A DNA stretch of 64,000 nt from positions 21,390,001 through 21,454,000 of the forward strand of contig JBHGNT010000009.1 in the NCBI GenBank assembly GCA_043228905.1. Direction: 5' to 3'. Made by a program: the position numbers and the translations under genes. The notes under the pieces are model-generated. The model saw only the letters and a program-made list of their open reading frames with translations, did no database searches and was not told the DNA's origin. The DNA is from Azolla caroliniana. Taxonomy: Eukaryota; Plantae; Polypodiophyta. This document shows, piece by piece, positions 13,031 to 26,925 of the stretch (positions within the stretch are counted from its first letter, which is position 1; every line of letters starts with the position of its first letter).

Positions 13031-15088
13031 AACCTTGAGATGCTCAGAATGTATAGAGAAGTTAATCACAGGCATCATTGCTTCGGAAGAATATGAAATG
13101 TGAGATTTTATCAGTGTAGGTCACAAGGTTCCACATCGAATATCCTTATCTACTTGTTATTGTCATGGTGATATATTTTGACTAGCAGTTTGATATCTCC
13201 ACCAGGTCTGCCAATGTGGATAACTGGGGACTGTAAGTTTTGGAAGGGCTCATGCTCCAAAAGACACATTTGTGAAGATTCTGAAGAAAACCCTTCAAGT
13301 GATATTTGTATCAATACTATCAGTATAGTTCTGAAGTAGGATGCCACAAGTTGGGTGTAACCATAAAAAGTCGTGTTTTTTGGAATTTCTTTTGGAAGTT
13401 ATTAAGAGGCAAAAGATTATATGAGCTCTGTTAGATAGATAGCTCCCCTTGAGACAAAGCAATGCTAGAATAAGAGATGCTTTCAAGGCTCAAAAATATC
13501 CTGGCATGATGTTATATAAATATTTCTAATCACTTGTAGTAATACCAATATTTTTGTATACATGTGAGTTTAAAATAACATGTGAATTTTATTGATTTGG
13601 ATGCCCCTATAAATAAATATGACTTTCTTTATGGCCTTGAACCCTATGTTACGATACTCACCTGCATCTGTTTTTTATGGTTCCAATACCCAGCAAACTT
13701 CGGTGAAGAACTTATTCCTTGGAGCTTAAAAAAGAAATCAATTATATGTTGCTTAGTTTTTCTACATTTCACACTAGTTATTGCTATGTAGAATGTACTA
13801 GTGTTTCCATTGGTGTTCTGCATGTGTTTCAGCCACACCGTAATTATGATCTGGAAAGCTATATGCTGTAAAGAGAGGCAAACTAGATATCTAGTACATA
13901 AGGGCTTTCAGAACTGCTAGTGGCATTAGTTTCTGGATAATGCAAAAATCATACATCTTGCATAAGGTCCTTCAGAATTGCTAGATGATTTTTTAGGACA
14001 TTTGTAATCAGCAATAATAATCAAAGAAATGTTTTGAGGTATATACTGCCCCCGAAAAAGGCCTGGAAAGCTCTTCCCTCTGTCTTGAAAACTTGTACCC
14101 CCCAAGTGAAACTTTATCCTGTAGTTGTCAAAGAGTAAATTCATGAACAATCTAAAGACAGCCAAGACAAGAACCATTGTTGTTGCATGGATAGAGGTGT
14201 CTTATAAGCTCAAGAGTTCAAAAATCAAAATATTCCCTGGGTGTCAATGCCTCTAGTATTGCTTGACATCATCTACTATAGTATCATTGAGTCATAGCAA
14301 CCCTAGATTATCATTTTCTCCTTTGCTACTGTATTCACTAGTGTTTAGAAGTGATGATGGCAGCATTGCCAAAAAACCTCATCTTAGAATTCACAATGTT
14401 AGATGCCTTGCAATCTCTGGTGATCTCACACAATCAAACATAGAACTTCTTCCATAAATTTAGTGTCAATTGATGTTAGTTAAGGAACAATTTACGTTAG
14501 AAACAGTTGCAATTAAATCAGGTGTCTATCTATTGATGTTAGTTAAGGTATACTTCATGTTAGAATTTGAACAGTACACAAGCAAAACAGCTTTTACCAA
14601 AATTTCTATGCAAAGGTTATGTAACAGTACATAGACTCGTTTTTGAAGGAATTTTTCTTGGATTCTGTGACGACTTATACAGTAACAAATTGAACAATAT
14701 CACCAATTGATGCAATCACAGTTAGTAGCATTTTTAATAATGGTATAAGCTAGCCCTAACTTTTTATTCGAGACAATACAATCTTTTGCTCCAAAATCAC
14801 TGCAGCTTCATGAATGTCGTCTGTTGGCAACAAAAGGCAGCCCTTTGTGTCGAACAAGGAAATAGATAGACAATGAACCATGCCCCAGAGGGGATCTTTC
14901 CCGAGGCATTGCATATTGCATGTATGAAGATCCCTTTATCAAGATGTTAATTTTACAGCAACTGAAGTGATTCATCTATGAAGAATTTACCACAGTTGTC
15001 TGTATAGTACAAACAAACTCTAAATTCATATTTCAGCAAAATTCTCAGTGAAGCATGGTAGGTCAACCAAGTACATGAGGTAGGCTCG

Positions 15089-18000
15089 TCAAGAATTTGA
15101 ATCAACTAGAGGCTCAAAAAGTTCTCCCATTTCTGCTGATGGCTGAGTTGCACTGTTACCTTGGAAAAATACTGGTCTCCCTCGAAGCCAATCATATGGC
15201 CAACACATGTTGTATAGCCTTGAGGTTATTCCACCATCACCTAGTCTCTCAAGGGCATCAAATTGCCTATTCAATTCTTCAACCCTCTCTCTCAGTTGCA
15301 CAGCACGTTCGTCAGCAATGCGTAGAGATCTTTCAGCTGCATTTCGTGCAGCAATTGCAGCCATTGTCATCTCCTCTTTAGATTGTAGTTTGTTATTGGA
15401 CTCTTCTAATGATCGGCCCAACTGTTCACATTGTTTTTTCAAAGAAGAAACCTGCACAATCAACAAAAAATGAATGATTCCTACACATGATCCAAATGAA
15501 ACATGGTTCCTACACATGATCAAAATGAAACAAAGCTACTCAGCTAAACAGAATCTACTAGATTGTAATTCAAGGAAGAGAATTTAACCTTACAGGCATC
15601 AAAACAAAAGCTACCTAACATAGAACAAGAAGGAATAAATACACTAGGATAGTTCCATGCTAGCTCAAATGCTGCAAGATTATCCCTCACTCCCCTTTCA
15701 AGATATCAGATTTCCGGTTTCGTCTTAGGATTGAATATTATTTTTGTCCAAAAGAAGCATCCAATTTGACATTTAAAAGATGTTGATCCATGGAGTTACT
15801 CAGGTCATGCTGTCACATACTTTGCTTCGCATTTAGACTTTCAACAGCTTCTGATTTCCAGATATGTTCATAAAACTTTAGGTTGTACCCTTTTTTTTTG
15901 AGTATTGTTGGCATTTCCAATTCACTCTACACTTGATCAAAAATTTTGGGGATAAAAGAACAGAAAGAGCATATACACATTCTTTTGTCATTTCTGAAAT
16001 GTGGTTGGATACATCTGTAACTTGAGCATGATAAAACAATTTCCATCCTTTGATTGATATACATACATGTCTGTTCTTTATATTCAATTTTTCTTGAAAT
16101 TTTCTTCTTAGAATGGATCTTCTGTATCAATATTTTATTTCCAATATAAGGGTGAATATACTTCGTCTGATGACTAACAGGCCAACAAGAAAAGAGAAGT
16201 GGATTGACATATATCAATATCTTTAATTTGTTGGACTGATGTTCTAAAATTGTCTTCTCCAGTTGAGATACAATATGATTGTCCCAACTTCTCAATATGG
16301 TTGGCATCCGAGCATCAAACAAACTGTATTAAGTGAATGCATCATTAGAAGAGCACCACGCTTCCGTGGTGTTTACATATTTAACTCTTTCACCTCGTTT
16401 ATGCTTCCAATGAGTTTCAGAGAAACATTATACTGGTTATTGCAAAAAATGGTAACTCATGTGACATGCACCAAACAAATTAGTGCAGTAAAGAAGAGCA
16501 CTATGGTCCCTTAGCATTGATATTGATACTTTTAGGACAGTGGCCATTCTCTTTTCAGCAGCCATAGCTCACTCTGCCACAACATGGCTGCCTCATTCCA
16601 AACAATCCCGCAGGCCATATGTCTTTTCACATTCTAGCTACTGTGCATCCATAATTGAAACAGGACATTTCTAAATAAACTTTGTTTCCATGGTTGCTGT
16701 GGCACGTGCATACATAATGTCCAATATTTTTATCCATTTTGCATGACAGAAAAAATCATCATTCATTTCAAGAATTCCTAACTGCAGAGTCCAAAATATT
16801 ACCTTGTTTTTGGCGCATTGCATGATAAAGAACAGCACTGTTTATTTCAAGCATTTCCTGATGATCAAGTACATTACCGGCAATTTCTTGACACGTCGAG
16901 TAATGACTAAGCCCAAAATAGCTTTGCTGTGGCGAGAATTGTTTAGTTTGCCATATCTTTGAATGGAAAGCCACTATGAAGCTTGGCTCTGACTAGAACA
17001 GCATGGTTTAAAAAGAAGACTTTGTTGATTTGGTCGAAATATATGACAACGGACACACTTATTTTGCATAAAATGAAGATGGCATAGAAGGATGATCTCA
17101 GGGAAGCATTTCAAAACATTGAATTTAAATAAGGATAAGACTTTCATAAGCACAAAATAACTCATCACACCTATCAAAACCCCATTTATATTTTTTCAAG
17201 CTATTCATGGAAAATACTTCCTACCTCTTCTTGGCATCTTTCAGCCTCCTCCAACATTGCTGCTCCAGCTTCAGCTTCTTTTGTGGCAGCTTGTTTCCAT
17301 TGAAAAATCTCCTCTTGTGCTGCTGCCAAATCCATGTTAAGGTTCTCAATCTATAATGATAAAGGAATTGTCAGCTGTTTCTCAAAACAAAAACCAAGAA
17401 AGTTTTGAAAGCAACAAGTTGGAGGGCATTTACTTGGTCTTGTGTTAGAGATTGTTTTTCTTTCAGCTCCTCTATTTCGGAAGTTCTCTGAGAAAACTCT
17501 TTTCCTTGACGATCTAAGGTCAGCCTTAGATGCTCAACTTCACCCCTGGTGTTAAATCATAAAACAAAATAAATCAATACTAAACACTTCAAGCATTGAA
17601 AGGTATTTAACTTTTCCGATAAGTAGAGAATATGATAAGTGATAATACCTTGAAGCAGCTAGAGATTGTTGTAGTTCATACACTTGTTGCCTTAGGATTT
17701 TAACCTCATTTTCCAATGCAGATGCCTGTTTGAGAAAACAATAATATTGGTCTATATGTGAGAGGGTGTATTTACAAGTTACATATATATATATGAAACA
17801 ATGCTTACCATGCTGATAACTGCTGGTTTATTTGTTCCATTTTCAGAAAGACTTGATAATTCTTGCTTATTGGCAAGCGCATTTCGAAGGAAACCGGATA
17901 TCTCTTCTTTCTCTTTTATTAGCTGGGCTACTGAGTCTTCTAAGTTGTTGATTTCTTTCTCTTTGATCTTTCTATGCTCAGACAAATGAATCGTTATTTT

Positions 18001-19257
18001 TGAATAACCCTCAACGAGCTCTTTCAATCTGATTAAGCAATCCTGAAGACCTTCTTCAGGGTCGGCTCGAATAGGAGATGGAGATTGTTTAGACAGCACA
18101 TGAGAAGATGATGATGACTGTGTCGTTAATTCATCCAATTTTGCAACTATTTCATTACCTTTGCAAACAAGATCCGATAGTTAGTTTGAATGTGCATATG
18201 GGGTGATGGTGTTAACCCATTCAAGTTTGCAACTTCTTGAAACAAGATTGACATGAAATGGCTATAATGATATTGATACATCAAAATCTTCATTTATTCC
18301 ATTACCTTTGGAAACAATATTTGATATTTGTAGAATCGATCCTTTCATTTTCTCTATCTTGCTCCTCACTCCTTGTGATTCAGCTTTATACTCATCGGAT
18401 TCCTTCTTGATTCTGGATACTTTTGAAGCAAAATCTTGTTCAATCTCAACAATCTTCGCTTCCTTATCAGAAGCCAAATTCTTCCATTTCTCCAATTCTG
18501 AAGCTTTCTCTGATACTTCTTCTTTCAGCGTCTGAATTGATGCTTCCATTTTTGATACCTCAATGGCCATACGATAATTATGCTGTTCCATCTGTTGTCT
18601 CAATTCACCTCTACTTTTTAATGCAACTTCATGAAGTTTCACCAATTCTTCTACTATTTCCTCTGCTCTTTTAGTATAACCATAAGCTATGGCAGCAACA
18701 CCTGTGTGTTGCGATGATCTAGGCAAGTTTCCAGGAAAGTTTTTGATAGAATTAACTCTAACGGTGATCTTTTCAGCACCTTCAACCAGCAACCTAGCAG
18801 CCATTTCAATCTCAGATCTAGAAAATTCCTTACCTTTGTTTGCATCGTCTCTCTGTCTCAAAGCTTCTTCTTTCATTCTGATAGCTTCATCCCTCTGATG
18901 AGAAATCTCATCTCTCTGTTTCATCGCTTCACTTAACTGATTGGAGAGCTCATCTCTCAGTTTGTGTATTTGCTCTTCTTTTTGTTTGACCATCTCCTCT
19001 CGCTGCCGGGAAGCATCTTGCGTGTACGTCTTGAAACGCATAACAAGCTCTGCCTTGGCTGCCTCGGCTGCTTTCTTGGCTAATCTCTCTGTTTCAAGCT
19101 CTGCAAGGAGAGAAGCTATGGCGGGAGGGGGAGAAGCCGAAGATGAAACTAAAGAGGAAGGAGGGGGAGGGGGAGGGGGAGGAGGCTTTGATGATGGAAG
19201 AGGAGGGGGGACATCTTCTTCTAGGTCGCTCAGAGCTTCCTCTTCGCCACTCTCCAT
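15089..19257 (-). CDS. Long coiled-coil protein, At3g49055/At1g24560 (paramyosin-like) family, 6 coding exons
   Basis: Exons 19257-18306, 18158-17809, 17725-17649, 17545-17434, 17350-17225, 15451-15089 with GT-AG borders in phase. Motifs LPRSSQHTGVAAIAYG, QMEQHNYRMAIEVS, EEIFQWKQAA, AAIAARNAAERSLRIADERA and MCWPYDWL resemble the Arabidopsis family (recalled, not searched). Confidence 0.85.
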
Positions 19258-19319
19258 GGAAGCAGAGAGAAACAGAGCAAAAGAGGAGAGGAAGAAATTG
19301 GACAGGAAAATGATGTTAT

Positions 19320-19359
19320 TATATACATATGTATATCATATATGTATAACAGTATGTAC

Positions 19360-19419
<60 letters not shown>

Positions 19420-19461
19420 TATGTATTATGTTATTATGTTTATGTTTATGTTTATATATTG

Positions 19462-19515
<54 letters not shown>

Positions 19516-19560
19516 CGTATATGTATATGTATGCGTATATGTATATGTATGCGTATATGT
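19320..19560. repeat. (ATATGT)n microsatellite array upstream of the coiled-coil gene
   Basis: Two long perfect hexamer tracts seen directly. Confidence 0.95.
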
Positions 19561-21915
19561 GACTCTTAGCACTCGAATTCGTAACCCCATGCACCCACTC
19601 CTACATCCGTTGTCTCATTGGCGTTCAGCTTTAAGTTTGTTGGGATGTGGCAACTCGGAGCATACACTACAATGGCATGTAGACCATGGTGACTCTTTAT
19701 GTGGGCTTATGCGTCTAGTATATTTGGGCATATAGTTCTCCCCTATGGTGGACCATATTGCTTTGTAATGTACATTTCTTCATTAGTTGGACCATGCAAA
19801 CTCTTTCCATACACTTGTATGTTTGATCTTGTTGGGCAACACACGTCTAAGTCAGAGGTAACTCGTGGGCATATTGTTCCCATGCCAACTGCTCTAGACA
19901 CCGCAAATGAAAAATCCAGTCACCCCTTGAACAAATACTTCCAAGTCATCTAACTTTGGGCAATACACACAATTCCCCATCAACTCCTGTTGGGAAATCT
20001 GTATGTGTTCATACTCATTATCTAGTTAACGATGTTGGAACAACCTAAACTTTAGGGACGTTTTAAAATATATCAAAAGGAGGCAATATGTGGTTCTCCC
20101 TCAAAAGAATGCGACGAAACAAATGAATACCAAGTGCATCTACTTTCTCTGTTTTGTTTGTCAACGTTTCCTTTAAAGGGCAAATTTATGGTTTGCATGC
20201 CTTGTATTTGTGTAAAAGTATATTCTATAGCTATTTTTATGTTGAACCTGGGAGTATGTATATATGATCTCAAGCTAAGATTATGAAAGGTTTTTTGGGC
20301 TGAATCATTTGTTTTGCTAGGAGCAGTTTAGGGTTTGGATGAACTTTATGGCTACACTTACATGTTTATATATTTAAGTAGGGAACCTTGTGATAGTATA
20401 AAATATGTTATATGATATCTGGTGGTGACATGAGCTTTCACATTGTTCTTTAGCTCATATTGTCTTGTTTACATGGATGTTTTCCTATCCTTCATCAAAC
20501 ATTTCAATATTTATCGACTCAAATCTCCCAAACTTGATGAACTTATTTTAATCCATTCTATTTTATCTATTAGTGCGAATTCTTATTCAATCCATCCCAC
20601 TTCCTTTATAGTAATACCATACAAAGTAGAGAGTTCAATAGAAAAGCTGAAATCTGAACTTGATCGATGAGCAAGTGTTATTAAATATGACATCTAAGTG
20701 TGAGAAAAGTTTTTCCATAAAGATCAAACTCGTTGCTTGAGACAGTAATATTGCAAAGCAGAACCTTCACCATTACGTCATCATGTATGCATTCAAATCT
20801 TAGAATTTAAATAAGGTAAATTATGAACCTATGTAACCCATCATTTTTGGGACCTCTAATTAATTCATTTGTATGGTGTAAAAAGGCAATGTTTTCACAT
20901 TGTATTTTAGCATGTATTGCCATGATCTTGACAATTGCTACATATCCTGCCATGGATGGATGTTATCAAGTACATATTTGGAGGTTATGTTAATAGAATG
21001 GCACATGTACTCTGGCTACCATCAACAAACAATAGAAATATGCTATTGAATTTGTAGTGGCATAATAAGCAACGTATCTATGCATTTCTACTCACCATAA
21101 TATATATAGAAATGTGCTTAATGATAAATTAATTATTTTTTTGTTTATAAAAACAAAGTCCAACTCTCCTAAACATGTTTATGGAAGTTGGATAGATATC
21201 TTTTCGCTTAGACGAACAATTCTAGTTTTGGTTTTATTTTCATTTTACATTTGAATTTGGTGACAATTATTAATTGTTCGATTCAAACCGTGTTTAGTTC
21301 GACCTCCTATTCACCATAGTATTGGTCATATTGTAACTTAATTCCATCACAAGGTTCATCATGGGTGTAATCACTTTGTGTTTTAAAAATCAGAATACGA
21401 TACTTCCTACTTCAATGTTTACACATGATACATGACACATGTTCATAGAAACATGACACATTAAGCCAAATAAAATCAAACATGTTGATTGCGTTTATAA
21501 AAAATTAAAAGTATATTCTTAAAGGGAACTTTATAGAATTTACAATAAAATTGCATGATAAAATCTTTGTTTAAATTAAAGACAATATTTGATCTATCTA
21601 TATATGATATGTTCATGAATTGTATATATGAGAGCAACTTACAATTCTTTTGTGGCAGACACCCAAAACTAGCATAAAAAACCACTTTTCAAAATATTCA
21701 AATGGTGGTACGGTTAAAAAACACCCTTAAAGTTCTTTTGGTAGAAAAGGCAAAAAAAAGTTGTTAAAATTTAGCTTCAAATAAGACAGGAAAGGGGAGA
21801 CATTCCTAAAAGAGCAATGTTTCTCCCTTGTATAGTTTTATGTATACATGTACGATTACTCCCCTTGTAGGCCATACTTGAGATGCGAATGTGACTAGAT
21901 GATTTACCTCATGAA

Positions 21916-24900
21916 TTAGTGTGCATTTGCATTCCTCCCATGACCGTATAAAAACCTAGTTGAACCTTCTGTGTAGACATGGTCCTCATTTTCTAGACTG
22001 CACGATTAAAACAACACTTAATAAGTCCCCCAAAAATGCCCAATAGCTAATGAAGAAAAACTTATTTGCAAGTTGTACATTATAGTTTGCCCTCTAAATA
22101 TACCTTTAATTGGCATATAAAAGCTAAAATGCCAATCACAAAAGATGCATACTTGCAATATATATGGTGTAAATCCATTATGCCCAATGTTATGTTTGAT
22201 ACGAATGTTATACATTGTTTACTCTAAACTTACCAAATTCAATCACTACATGATACAATGTATGCCTATATTTTGTATTACGAAAACCTAATTTAATATA
22301 GGGATGAAATTTGTATTACCTAATACGAATTGTCTTGTTAAGGATGGTGGACGCATGCAATGTAGGTCCATCTAAGTATCTCAAATCACCCTTGATACGT
22401 TGCTTGATTTTGGAATCCATTTCAGGATCAAATGTAGATACTTCACCCAATGGTTGGTCAGATGCCTAATGAAACCGATAAGAAAATAAACTATCATGTC
22501 ACTGAACTAATAAAATAACAAAATAATGTATCATGTATTCTATTGAATTGCATGGATTAATGTGATCTATTATTTTGGTCTCACCATAACCCAACCCCAA
22601 GTGTCTGCATACGAGGGTATGTGAGCAGTGTAAGCCACAACATCTAAAACAAGTTCATGTAAACAATGGTTTTAGATTAAAATATAGATAAAGTTGAATA
22701 GTGTGCATATGTACTAATACATGCATACATACATACATACATACAAACATGGGCAGAAATTTAGAGACACGAGATGTCATTATGTCTTAATAATATTACT
22801 AAGAAACAATGTAAAGTTCTTACAAGCAAATGCATGCTTCAAAGTGTTATAGATGGATGTAAACACCTCTTTGTGAGATAGGATACCCGCAGGACCAGCC
22901 TTCATCACATAAACAATCAACATAAAAGATTATCTAGGTGAACTATCAATATGGAGTACCAACTATATCAGTTAACAAAGGAATAATGTAATAACGGTAA
23001 TGAATTACTTGTGTAACAAAGATTCCACCCAAATTCAATTTTGGTTTTAGGATGTTTTGATAAAAGTCTTTGGAATAGAGTTGATAACAAGGACCCCATT
23101 CTAAGGGATCTGCCAAATCTCCCACAATCACATCAAACAACTCATCTCGAGATTCTAATTCCGCTCTAGATTTTAGCTCCAATTCAAAGAGACAATATGG
23201 CAATAAGATCAATAAGAAAAGGTGTTAGTGTTGATTCATTATAATCAAATACATAACCCACATATAAAAAATAAACAAGATACTAAATGCAAGAGACAAT
23301 GTGATGCATTGCCTTTTATTGGAGATATATCACGATAATAGAGTCAATTTAAACCAAATGTAGATAGTTATACATAAGAAAGGGTACAATGATTTGTTTA
23401 TGCTCCGATTACCATACAAACACACAATCCCTTATACCCATTCTTAACAATGAACACCTAAAAAGTACCAAATGGACAATTCTTTTTAAATGGAGATCCA
23501 CTTCAATAGATAATAAAATAACCACAAAACCTTGATACCCCCAACAAATTGTATATTTGTGCCAACATTATCAACAATGGGGAAAAATATGTGTACTTGG
23601 CATCGTTGATCACAAGCTCCAAGCGAGGGTTCTCGAAAGCCTCCCTATTGTTAGTAAGATAAGTGCTACAAAATTTCACCACTTCCTAACAAGAAGAATG
23701 AAAAAACATAATAGCCATTAACAAATCTAAAACGAAATCATTTCATAAATAAAAATAACACTATTACATAATGCAAAACAAAGCACTATATAGAAAAGAA
23801 CATGAAAGGAGATGATCATGAGACTTGCTAGACATATTTGGTGCTAGTATTGAGGAAGATACCATTATGCCGATGATAACCGTGGCCCTATAATAATATA
23901 TTTTTATTGCAATTTGGTATCTAAGTTACATAAAGCGCTTCATCTAGTCAAAGTTTGGTATCATTGAGAGAGTATGCAAGTTACCTGGTTTGGAAATTAT
24001 GACCATAGTTGAGACTAATATGCTAAGTATAGAGCATAAGCAAGGAATTTCATTTCTAGTATTGGAAAAAAGAACAATGTTAATCTCGTTAAGGCATATG
24101 ACACTAGCATCAAGCAAGCAAGGAATGATCCAAGCCATAATCACACAAATCTTCAATGTACTAATGATTCTCTTACAACAAGAATCATTCCATATTTACC
24201 ATTTGTAGATTGTTCATGCACATAAACATTTATTTAAAGATTATGGTTACAATTTATAAGCACTACTATAGGGAAGCCCTATTGCATGCCAAATATGGCC
24301 GATTGACTTTTGGCATCACTAAATTGGGACACCGGGGATACTCAAGCATTGTATTAGTTATAAACACTACACTACCATAGCGAAACCCTCTCTTTCATGC
24401 CAATGGCTCGATCGAGTTTGGCAGTCAATGTGAGGGGTGTGAGTGTATAATTGAACGCACCACCTCCATTTGCCTTCTTCATTTCCTAATGTGAACTTCT
24501 CCTTGTTCTTTGTGGATAGCATTGAGAGCCATATATATTTGGTTACTATACTACTATTAGTGTTGGGTATGCGTGTTTGTATATGTATGTATGTATGTAT
24601 GTATGTATGCATGCATGCATGTATGTAACTTTGTAAGTGTAATATGTATGCTTGTATGTATGTATGTATGTATGTACGTACGTATGTATGTATGTGTAAT
24701 GTGTGTGTGTATGTATGTATACCTCATCGATATCGCACATGACCACCTTCTCCAGACGGTAGTGGCGAAGGGCCTCACGTGCTGTGGATCCTTCGCCACC
24801 CCCCAGTATGAACACGTTCTTTGGGCTGCCATTGTAAATTATATCAGATCAGATGAAATCAAATCAAAGCTCCAAGGAAAATCGATCGTATTTCATTGGG

Positions 24901-25124
24901 AATCCTACCGGCATGCCGTCTCTAGGTTCTCACTATGCGCACAATTAACACATGCATGCATGCATACATGCAACATGTATGTATGTGTATGTATATATGT
25001 ATATGTATGTATGTATGTATGTGTATGTATGATGTATGTATGTATGTATGTGTATGTATGTATGTATGTGTATGTATGTATGTGTATGTATGTATGTATG
25101 TATGTATGTATGTATGTATGTATG

Positions 25125-25155
<31 letters not shown>

Positions 25156-26767
25156 TGGATGTGACCTGTCGTGGAGCAATAGGGCAGGATGAACAAGGCA
25201 TTCATGATACACCCATTCATCCATCTCTGCACTCTGCATTTTCCTGTCCAGTGTGAGAACCTTATCATCCATATCCATGTCCATGTCCATGTCCATCCAT
25301 TGCAATCATAACCCAACAAAAGAAATCATCATCATTATCAGAAAACAGAAGAACCTAATGATTTTTAAGTTCTTATAGTAGGAGCTTAATTTCGCATTCT
25401 ACAGTCAGAAAAATCTGATGATTCAAGTGCTTGTAATCTCAGTTTTTAAACTTATCATTAAAACAGCACAAAATCTGATGATTAGCTGCTCGCCATTTTA
25501 GCTTAACTTGTGCTTAGATAAGCATAAAGCCTTCAGATGATCTAAGTCGTAATTATATTATCCGAGCTTAATTTATCATCAAACCAACAGAAAATCTACT
25601 ACTTTCGAGAATAAAAAAACAGAAAATCCAATGATTTGAGTTCTTATATCTTATCTTAATTAGTGATTATAAGGAAATTACCTTGCCAAAAGACTGTGTG
25701 TCTAGCAGGGCTATCTCTTGGTATTTGCTGACTCCAGTATGAAGGATACTGCAATTCAGTTTAGAAGAAGAATTTATTAAAGCCCAATCGTAGGATTAAA
25801 TCAATTTTGCTTCGGGACCTTAATCCTCTGCAGAAACACCTTCAACTTCAGAATGAAAATCATAGGAAAAAAAAAAGGCTTATTAAACTATGATCAGTCG
25901 AAGAAACAAAGCTTTATTTTCCAGACTGAATGAAATCCATGGCAAAAGATTTCATTTTATCAGAAGCTGCAAAAAAAAATTCATTTTTTTTTGGAATATG
26001 ATTGAATCCGAAGAATGTATGTATGGATCGAATTCTTCTGATTCAAATATCCATCCCGTTGGGGATCATCATTTGAATCGGGAGAAACAAAAAAGCAGCA
26101 AAATGAATTTTATGAAGCCACAGTCTGATGATTCAATGGAATGGAATGGATTAAAATAAAGATTCCAATTGGAATGTTTATATATATATATGAATGACCT
26201 GATGAGGCCGAAGCACCATCGCAGATTTTCATCGATCTCCTCCTCGTACCACAGAGAAGGGCGGCTTGGAAGAGGAGGAGGTATCAAATTTAGGTTCTGA
26301 TTGCCATCACTGTCCCCATTGCCGTCTCCATGACCATGACCATGACCTTGACCATCATGACCATGGCCATGATCTTGACCTTGGCTATGACCTTGACCAT
26401 CATGACCATGGCCATGACCTTGACCATCATGAACATGGCCATGACCATGATCATCACGACTATAACCTTGACCATGGCTATGACCTTGACCTTGACCACC
26501 ATGACCATGGCTATGACCTTGACCATGACCATCATCATCACCACTATGACCTTGACCATGACCATCATCATCTTCACTATGACCTTGACCATGACCATCA
26601 TCACCATGACTATGATGCCCTTGACCATGACCGTCATCACCAGGATGGCCCAAGCATAAGGCTTCATTTCCATTGGAGCTTTGACTGCCATCATTAATGG
26701 CGGCGGCGGCGGCTGAGTCAGCGGATGTGCCACGTGTCGCATCTAGGGAATCTGCCACGTCAGCCAT
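21916..26767 (-). CDS. ACL5: Thermospermine synthase (ACAULIS5-like) with His/Gly/Asp-rich N-terminal extension, 10 coding exons
   Basis: Exons 26767-26199, 25748-25682, 25260-25166, 24825-24723, 23685-23597, 23165-23009, 22899-22824, 22643-22585, 22465-22320, 21997-21916, all GT-AG and in phase. Motifs: [101 protein letters not shown]. Confidence 0.95.
24575..25155. repeat. (TATG)n intronic microsatellites in the ACL5-like gene
   Basis: Long tatg tracts at ~24575-24720 and ~24950-25155. Confidence 0.95.
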
Positions 26768-26782
26768 AATATACGAGAATCA

Positions 26783-26822
<40 letters not shown>

Positions 26823-26843
26823 TTTAATGGAGGGAAGGCTGTT

Positions 26844-26925
26844 AATTTATAGGCGGGAGTTGGGGGGGGGGGAGGGTTGCCCACGTGGCACTCTGACGTG
26901 GCGGCAGCACGCCCACGTCAGCTGT
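26844..26925 (-). promoter_or_regulatory. TATA box with clustered G-box/ABRE-like elements upstream of the ACL5-like gene
   Basis: On the minus strand CCTATAAAT lies at ~26845-26853. CACGTGGC (26882), GACGTGGC (26895) and CCACGTCAG (26913) lie within 70 bp upstream of it, and a (CT)n leader sits between TATA and ATG. Confidence 0.55.

Noticed and set aside
18941-19735. 264-aa plus-strand ORF and neighbours
   Set aside because: Antisense to the coiled-coil exon 1 plus the ATATGT microsatellite.
24367-25319. YIHT/MYVC repeat ORFs
   Set aside because: Intronic TATG microsatellites; only the short ACL5 exons within are coding.
26266-26742. Alternative-frame Met/Thr/His-Asp repeat ORFs
   Set aside because: Shadows of the ACL5 repeat exon; only the 26767 frame joins the conserved enzyme.
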